From Chitinophagales bacterium (GTDB lineage: Bacteria; Bacteroidota; Bacteroidia; Chitinophagales; UBA2359), in the NCBI GenBank assembly GCA_049608825.1, contig JBMYXW010000001.1, positions 2,789 to 33,701 on the forward strand: a DNA stretch of 30,913 nt. The letters run 5' to 3'. Below, one piece after another: positions 25,951 through 30,913 of the stretch. Numbering within the stretch: position 1 is the stretch's first letter; each line of letters begins with the position of its first letter. Under the pieces are notes generated by a model, which saw only the letters and a list, made by a program, of their open reading frames with translations, was not told the origin of the DNA and made no database searches. The position numbers were made by a program, and so were the translations under genes.

Positions 25951-26895
25951 ATGACCACTTTCAAACGCATCTTAGTTCTTTTCGTCTTGCTGATTGTAGC
26001 AGCTTACGGCTATATATCATGGACACTCTCCAATCAAATTTTGTTTCCCAACAGTTCGATGGAACTCACCAAATCGAGAATAAAAAACAACTGGGGTAAA
26101 GACTTCAATGCCATAATGGACTCGCTACCCACACCCAAAGATTTCGCTGTCACCTCCTTCGATGGCATCCAAATCAAAGGCAAATATTTCCAAAAATCAG
26201 ATATCACCAATTGTGCCATCATCCTTGCACATGGTTGGACAGACACTTGGGCAGGTTCGCTGAAATATGTATCTGTATTGGAGGATTGTCAATGTGATTT
26301 GGTTTTTTACGACCATCGGGCGCATGGTGACAGTGAAGGCACGTATGCCACAGGTAGCATCAACGAATCCAAAGATTTACTCGCCTTGACTGAATGGGTA
26401 CAAAAAGAGAAAAACCTCACTGCAAAACAAATCGGATGGTTGGGCGCATCTTGGGGCGCAGCAGCCGTTTTGACGGCAGGAGCAGATTCCAAAAATGTGG
26501 CGTTTATCATTGCAGATGCACCTTTTCAAGATTGGTATTCTGCTATTTTTGAACGAGCCAACCGAGACTATGGTACCATTGCGTCCATTCTTTCGGCAGG
26601 GGTGATGGGCGTGGTCAATTGGCGGGCAGGAGTAGATTATACCCAAGCAAGCATTGTAGAAGCAGCTTCCAAAATTGAAGAACCCGTATTGTTGATTCAC
26701 TCTCAAGCGGATAGCGAAACAAATTCTCAACAATCGGTCAACATCTCCAAAAAACTAAAACCCAACAACTTTACTTTTCATCACTTGGATTGGGGCAATG
26801 ACCATACACGAGATGTATTGTTCAATACCGAAGAATACAAAGGTTTGGTGAATGAATTTTTGAAGGGAGTGGAAGGGGATTTTTTGAGGGAGTAG
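25951..26895 (+). CDS. Alpha/beta hydrolase with an N-terminal membrane anchor
   Basis: LAHGW oxyanion region, YDHRAHGDSEG, nucleophile GASWG, HSQAD acid and GNDH histidine. The start is reassigned from 25870 (inside the REP array) to ATG 25951 (MTTFKRILVLFVLLIV). Confidence 0.9.
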   Translation: MTTFKRILVLFVLLIVAAYGYISWTLSNQILFPNSSMELTKSRIKNNWGKDFNAIMDSLPTPKDFAVTSFDGIQIKGKYFQKSDITNCAIILAHGWTDTWAGSLKYVSVLEDCQCDLVFYDHRAHGDSEGTYATGSINESKDLLALTEWVQKEKNLTAKQIGWLGASWGAAAVLTAGADSKNVAFIIADAPFQDWYSAIFERANRDYGTIASILSAGVMGVVNWRAGVDYTQASIVEAASKIEEPVLLIHSQADSETNSQQSVNISKKLKPNNFTFHHLDWGNDHTRDVLFNTEEYKGLVNEFLKGVEGDFLRE

Positions 26896-26952
26896 ATGAG
26901 ATTAAAAAAAACATTTTGGATACCTAAGAAATTATACTTGTCAAAGTCAGCC

Positions 26953-27483
26953 TTATGCTATTTGTATCTTCAATTTTTTACCTAAACCTTCAATAATTTT
27001 TTGGAGTGTAGAAAGTTCTACATCTAATTTACTATTTTCTAATTTAGAGATAAAGCTCTTATTCGTTCCGCTTTTTTCTGCCAATTCCTCTTGCGTTAAA
27101 CCTATTTCTTTCCTTGTAGATTTTATCAATAATCCTATGTCAATGTTTCTATTTTCATCTAATACACTGTTTTCAAACAATACAATAGGGTCTAAATCAA
27201 AATGGTAAAATACAGTCTCTCCCTTCATATTTCTGGAATAAACACCTGTATTTTTCCACCCTATTGTAGTTCCGATGATTTCTATTTGCTTAAATTCTTC
27301 CATGTTTTGCATCAATATATAAGCAGGGTGTTTTTCGGAAAAATTCTTTTGGTTTTTGAAAAAAGTTTCAAAATCAATGATTCTCGATTCACCATTGTCA
27401 AATAAACAAGAAACTTCATATTTATTTAAGTCGTTGATTTTTAAAATTTTTGGTATGCTTTTTAGTTGTTTCATTGTCTTCAA
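26953..27483 (-). CDS. DUF2442-like N-terminal domain fused to an XRE-family HTH; putative antitoxin/regulator
   Basis: N-terminal KILKI....YEVSCLFDNGESRIIDF...GTTIGW...DLDPIVLFE; C-terminal IKSTRKEIGLTQEELAEKSGTNKSFISKLEN...ELSTLQKIIEGLG. The start is either TTG 27483 (4-nt overlap with the upstream stop) or ATG 27474. Confidence 0.8.
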   Translation of the reverse strand: MKTMKQLKSIPKILKINDLNKYEVSCLFDNGESRIIDFETFFKNQKNFSEKHPAYILMQNMEEFKQIEIIGTTIGWKNTGVYSRNMKGETVFYHFDLDPIVLFENSVLDENRNIDIGLLIKSTRKEIGLTQEELAEKSGTNKSFISKLENSKLDVELSTLQKIIEGLGKKLKIQIA

Positions 27484-27713
27484 TTATTTGGATTAAATTC
27501 ATTCCATGTCTCAATAAGGAAATCTTGATTTTGTCTTGCCCACTCTATTACCCTTTTTCTTTGTTTGTTAGGTAGTTTACCTTGGTAAGTTTCTAAAGTG
27601 TTTATCTCTATTAATTCTTCGTATTCATTATATTGTGCATGAAAATGAGGCGGCAAGTGGTCATTAAAATAAATGAGAATTTTAATAGATTGTATCAAGT
27701 GAATTGTTGGCAT
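27480..27713 (-). CDS. DUF4160 domain protein, putative type II toxin
   Basis: MPTI...IKILIYFNDHLPPHFHAQYNEYE..IEI...G.LP.KQ.K.V.EWA, the typical DUF4160 signature. It is coupled to the DUF2442-XRE gene. Confidence 0.88.
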   Translation of the reverse strand: MPTIHLIQSIKILIYFNDHLPPHFHAQYNEYEELIEINTLETYQGKLPNKQRKRVIEWARQNQDFLIETWNEFNPNN

Positions 27714-27731
27714 TTAATTGTCTTTTGTTTT

Positions 27732-27762
27732 CAAAGATAACATTTTACAAGCGCAAAGCAAA
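27732..27762 (-). promoter_or_regulatory. Bacteroidota primary-sigma promoter for the DUF4160/DUF2442-XRE pair
   Basis: On the minus strand, TTTG (27762-27759), a 19-nt spacer and TATCTTTG (27739-27732) form a perfect -33/-7 consensus 18 nt upstream of the ATG. Confidence 0.8.
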
Positions 27763-27763
27763 A

Positions 27764-28756
27764 CTAAAACAGCCTATCAAAAAACCAAAACGAAGCCAAA
27801 ATCCCCACACCATAAACGGCTGTTTTGAACGCATAATGGGAGAAATTTTTGAAGCGGTGGGCGAAGAATCGAAGCACTGCAAATTGCAGCACCAAAACTG
27901 TCATTAAAAACAAAAGCTGTCCTATTTCTACACCGATATTGAAGAACAACAAAGCACTTACCAAATTACTTTGCGGCAAACCAATCTCACCCAAAACAGA
28001 CGCAAAACCAAATCCATGCAGCAATCCAAACGAACTCGACACCAAAACAGGATAACGATAAGTCAGCGATGTTTGAGTAGAATGATGGTGGATGATTTCG
28101 TAGCACAAGAAAATAATACTCAATGCGATACAGGCTTCAACAGGTGCTATGGGCAACTGTACCCAGCCCAAAGTCGACAGCACCAAAGTAATAGAATGTG
28201 CGAATGTAAACCCCGTAATTGTCCAAAACAGCTTCCTCGAAAATCCTGCAATAATCAACAAACAAACCAAAAATAACAAGTGGTCTATTCCTGCCCAAAT
28301 ATGTTCTATTCCCAATCTGGTATATTGCTTTATGACCTCAAAATGTTTGGGGGCTGTGGGAATGAAAAAGCTGTTTTTTTGAGGACTGATGATGAAGGTT
28401 TGTAAGGCTTCGTTTTGGAGTTGGAGCTGGACGATGGTGGTGATAGCGGGATTGAAAAGCGGAAATTTGATTTCGATATTTTGACCCTTCAATTCAGAAG
28501 TGGACGTTTGGTAAAGGTGAGAACTGAGATAACCCGATTCTTTTTGGTAAACGGTTTGGGCGGTTTCGTTTTCGGTGTAGTTTTCTGGGAGAATGAGGTA
28601 GGGTAGATTGTTGTTTGTTAGGGTGTTGGGAATATTGAGTTGGACGCTGAGTGAAAAATCGGTTTGCTCTTGGATTTGGATATAGAGAGGGCGGCTTTCG
28701 TGGGCGAAGGCTGAAAGATGGAGGGTTAGGAGGGCGATGAATAGGAAGTGTTTCAT
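27764..28756 (-). CDS. HupE/UreJ family membrane protein (HupE_UreJ_2 type) with a signal peptide and soluble N-domain
   Basis: GIEHIWAGIDHLLFL; TGFTFAHSITL; VEACIALSI; FGLLHGFGFASVL; LFFNIGVEIGQL. Confidence 0.92.
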   Translation of the reverse strand: MKHFLFIALLTLHLSAFAHESRPLYIQIQEQTDFSLSVQLNIPNTLTNNNLPYLILPENYTENETAQTVYQKESGYLSSHLYQTSTSELKGQNIEIKFPLFNPAITTIVQLQLQNEALQTFIISPQKNSFFIPTAPKHFEVIKQYTRLGIEHIWAGIDHLLFLVCLLIIAGFSRKLFWTITGFTFAHSITLVLSTLGWVQLPIAPVEACIALSIIFLCYEIIHHHSTQTSLTYRYPVLVSSSFGLLHGFGFASVLGEIGLPQSNLVSALLFFNIGVEIGQLLFLMTVLVLQFAVLRFFAHRFKNFSHYAFKTAVYGVGILASFWFFDRLF

Positions 28757-28760
28757 TGGT

Positions 28761-29858
28761 CTAAAGCACTATTTCATTGCCAAAATTCAATATCTCCAAA
28801 TTTGTAGGTACAGCTAATTTCAAGCCTTTTGCCAATAACCCCTGTTTATTCAATGAAGTATTGAGGAGTTCATAATTTGGGAGGAAAATATCAGAGATTA
28901 AATGAATATTATCACATATTTTCAATTTTGGAGTGCTGTTTATGGAATACAGCCTGTGAATCAAATATTTTCCTTTGTTGTCATGGATGAATGTTAATTC
29001 CTCAGTACTTAGATATATAGGATTGTGTTTTTCAAATGGGTGATTTGTCGATTTGGCATCACTAAAAATAAGGGTGTTGTCATTCCGTATTATTTCAAAA
29101 TCGAAAGGTTCAAACATCTCACGACTTTTGTTCAACCATTTGAAATTCTTTATCTTAGATTCTTTTTTTTGAGTCGAAAAATATTGGTAAAGTAGTTCTT
29201 CACCAGTCTTACCAATTTCTTTAAGCAGTTTGTTAATTCGTGCAAAATCCTTTGGTCTTGGAATTTTGCGTTTAGATGTTTTTCTTTCACCTATCTGAGA
29301 AGCCACTTCTAATTCTTCTATATATTCGAGGTTTGCTTTGGTTGTTAACTGGTTTACAAATTTGGCTATCGTATTATAATGAGTATCCTGTTCTCCTATT
29401 TTCAACCTTCCATTAGCTAGTTGATTTAGATTTATCCCCAAACGAGATAGTTGTGAGAGTTCATTGGAGTTTTGATTTAATAAGATGGTGATGATTTCTT
29501 TATTATCTAAAGCAAACCAAATCAAATACCAATCAATATTTGTATTTGTATTCGCAATATTTCTAATCTTTTTTCCAATACTAACAATATTATGGGGAAG
29601 GTTCTTTTGCTCTGTTTTTGTACCTACATTTATTGCAGGGCTTCTATTATTATTGATGAATTTTAGAAATAGGAATCCCTCGTAAGATTTGTTCTTATAA
29701 ATCAATTGAGAAGGATAGGTTTTTTTTTCATGGGGCAAGTGGCTAAGTGTAGAAAAATACAATCCAATATGGGTTAGATTGTTATCTGCAAGTCCAAGGT
29801 CTCCTTTTTTTAATTTTTTTATTCCTATTTTTCCAAAAGCTAATTCGTAAATACTCAT
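28761..29858 (-). CDS. Putative restriction endonuclease with a C-terminal DUF3883/NO VEIN-like PD-(D/E)xK domain
   Basis: IGKTGEELLYQYF...WLNKSREMFEPFDFEI...FSDAKST...LSTEE matches the G..GE...W...P(Y/F)DF...(D/E)xKST...(L/I)S..E pattern. It starts 1 nt after the methyltransferase stop. Confidence 0.65.
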   Translation of the reverse strand: MSIYELAFGKIGIKKLKKGDLGLADNNLTHIGLYFSTLSHLPHEKKTYPSQLIYKNKSYEGFLFLKFINNNRSPAINVGTKTEQKNLPHNIVSIGKKIRNIANTNTNIDWYLIWFALDNKEIITILLNQNSNELSQLSRLGINLNQLANGRLKIGEQDTHYNTIAKFVNQLTTKANLEYIEELEVASQIGERKTSKRKIPRPKDFARINKLLKEIGKTGEELLYQYFSTQKKESKIKNFKWLNKSREMFEPFDFEIIRNDNTLIFSDAKSTNHPFEKHNPIYLSTEELTFIHDNKGKYLIHRLYSINSTPKLKICDNIHLISDIFLPNYELLNTSLNKQGLLAKGLKLAVPTNLEILNFGNEIVL

Positions 29859-29859
29859 T

Positions 29860-30864
29860 TTATATTTGGATTAATTTTTTGTCAAACAAATAATGTAGGA
29901 TAGAATAAACTGTATTTACACTTACTGCATTGCCTGCTTGTTTGTAAAGTTGATGATTGCTAATTCCTGCCTTTGAAGCACTTAAATAAAACTCCTTATC
30001 AAAACCTTGCAGCTTCAAAGCCTCAAGAGGAGTGAGTTTTCTTATTTTGTGTTTTGCCTGTTCTTCTTTAGAAAAATCTTTTTTTAGGTATTCAGTAGGA
30101 TTCTCATGGGTCAAAAATTCATCTGAATAATAATTGTCTTGACAAGCTCTGTGCATTTTAACCATTGTAGCAGTTAATGGTCTTGCAATCAGTTGGTTAA
30201 TTTCAGAATTTGATTTAAAATTCTTGCTGCCATTTGCCAAAATCGTTGGTTTGATTCTTTCAGAAAGGTAGTATTTTTTATCAACTTCTTTTTCTAACAG
30301 ATTGTCCAATACTGTGTCGTATTTTTTTAAACTTGTTGAGCCATTTAATTTTTTAGCTCCATTTTTTACAAAATCACTTTTCAAATGTACGAATCTATTG
30401 CCTAAATCTTTACGGATGGCAAAGAAGAAAATTCGCCTTCTATTTTGGGGAAGCCCAAAATCTGCCGTATTGAAAACATCGGATGTAACATAATAACCTG
30501 CATCTTCTTCAAGTGAGCGGATAGTTTCTTTGAGTGTACGTCCTTTGTCGTGTGTCTTGACGTTTCTTACATTCTCTAATAAAACATATTTCGGTTTTTT
30601 TACCAATAAAATATCAATTATGGAATAAAAAAGATTGCCTCTATTGTCTTCAAATCCTTTTTGTTTTCCCATCATGCTAAAAGCTTGACAGGGAAAACCA
30701 CCTGTAAGCAAATCAAAATCTGGTAGTGCAGTGATGTTGTCTTTAATTGAGGTAAACTCTTGAATATCTCCTATCTCGATTTCATTTGAAGTATCAAAAT
30801 TTGCTTTGTAGCTTATGTTTGCATATTTGTCTTTTTCAGAAAACCCAACACATTGTGAGTTCAA
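29860..30864 (-). CDS. dcm: C5 DNA (cytosine-5) methyltransferase, 5'-truncated (motif I absent), possibly a pseudogene
   Basis: Motif IV GGFPCQAFS, VI LLENV, VIII PQNRRRIF, IX RKLTPLEALKLQGF and X YKQAGNAV are present. There is no FxGxGG, and an in-frame TAG lies at 30894-30892. Confidence 0.85.
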   Translation of the reverse strand: MNSQCVGFSEKDKYANISYKANFDTSNEIEIGDIQEFTSIKDNITALPDFDLLTGGFPCQAFSMMGKQKGFEDNRGNLFYSIIDILLVKKPKYVLLENVRNVKTHDKGRTLKETIRSLEEDAGYYVTSDVFNTADFGLPQNRRRIFFFAIRKDLGNRFVHLKSDFVKNGAKKLNGSTSLKKYDTVLDNLLEKEVDKKYYLSERIKPTILANGSKNFKSNSEINQLIARPLTATMVKMHRACQDNYYSDEFLTHENPTEYLKKDFSKEEQAKHKIRKLTPLEALKLQGFDKEFYLSASKAGISNHQLYKQAGNAVSVNTVYSILHYLFDKKLIQI

Positions 30865-30913
30865 TCCATTATCCTTGCAGTCTGATAATTCCTAACCTCT
30901 CTAATCACTTAAT

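Noticed and set aside
27704-28606. Several plus-strand ORFs (63-101 aa) opposite the HupE gene
   Set aside because: They are antisense shadows, probably favoured by the skewed codon composition, and show no protein motifs.
29860-30864. Assigning a recognition sequence to the methyltransferase from its TRD or from site avoidance
   Set aside because: I cannot match the TRD (IARPLTATMVKMHRACQDNYY) with confidence. The common candidates CCGG, GCGC, GGCC, CGCG and GATC all occur in the window, so a REBASE search or methylome is needed.
1-30913. tRNA, rRNA, integrase or transposase genes
   Set aside because: None were recognisable by eye on either strand.

Overview
AT-rich Bacteroidota DNA, judged from T9SS C-terminal sorting domains and TAnnTTTG promoter boxes. 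A Chitinophagia/Saprospiria-like host is a guess. The first 22.7 kb hold two giant, acidic, Cys-rich T9SS cargo genes in tandem. ORF1 is open from base 1 (5'-partial, about 2990 aa in the window) and ORF2 is 4508 aa. They have different N-terminal and central modules but share a paralogous C-terminal block of about 480 aa. ORF2 carries a 66-bp-period plant-like LRR array whose framework is nearly invariant at DNA level while its concave-face residues vary. It also carries a beta-helix, an L-type lectin, a choice-of-anchor L domain and a CBM-like domain. Next come housekeeping-type genes: ruvC, a lysylphosphatidylglycerol-synthase-TM/flippase-like gene, DUF3108 and an alpha/beta hydrolase. The last three are separated by two palindromic REP/REPIN-like elements, one a concentric ~310-bp fold-back and one a GTAG-REP array with repeated linkers. 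The right end (minus strand) is a small defence-like patch: a C5 DNA methyltransferase lacking its SAM-binding motif I, a DUF3883-like nuclease, a HupE/UreJ-family gene and a DUF4160 / DUF2442-XRE putative toxin-antitoxin pair. Native-looking genes show a 5' C/A-rich to 3' G/T-rich synonymous-codon polarity that the AT-rich defence genes appear to lack. All calls come from reading the sequence; no database searches or composition calculations were run.
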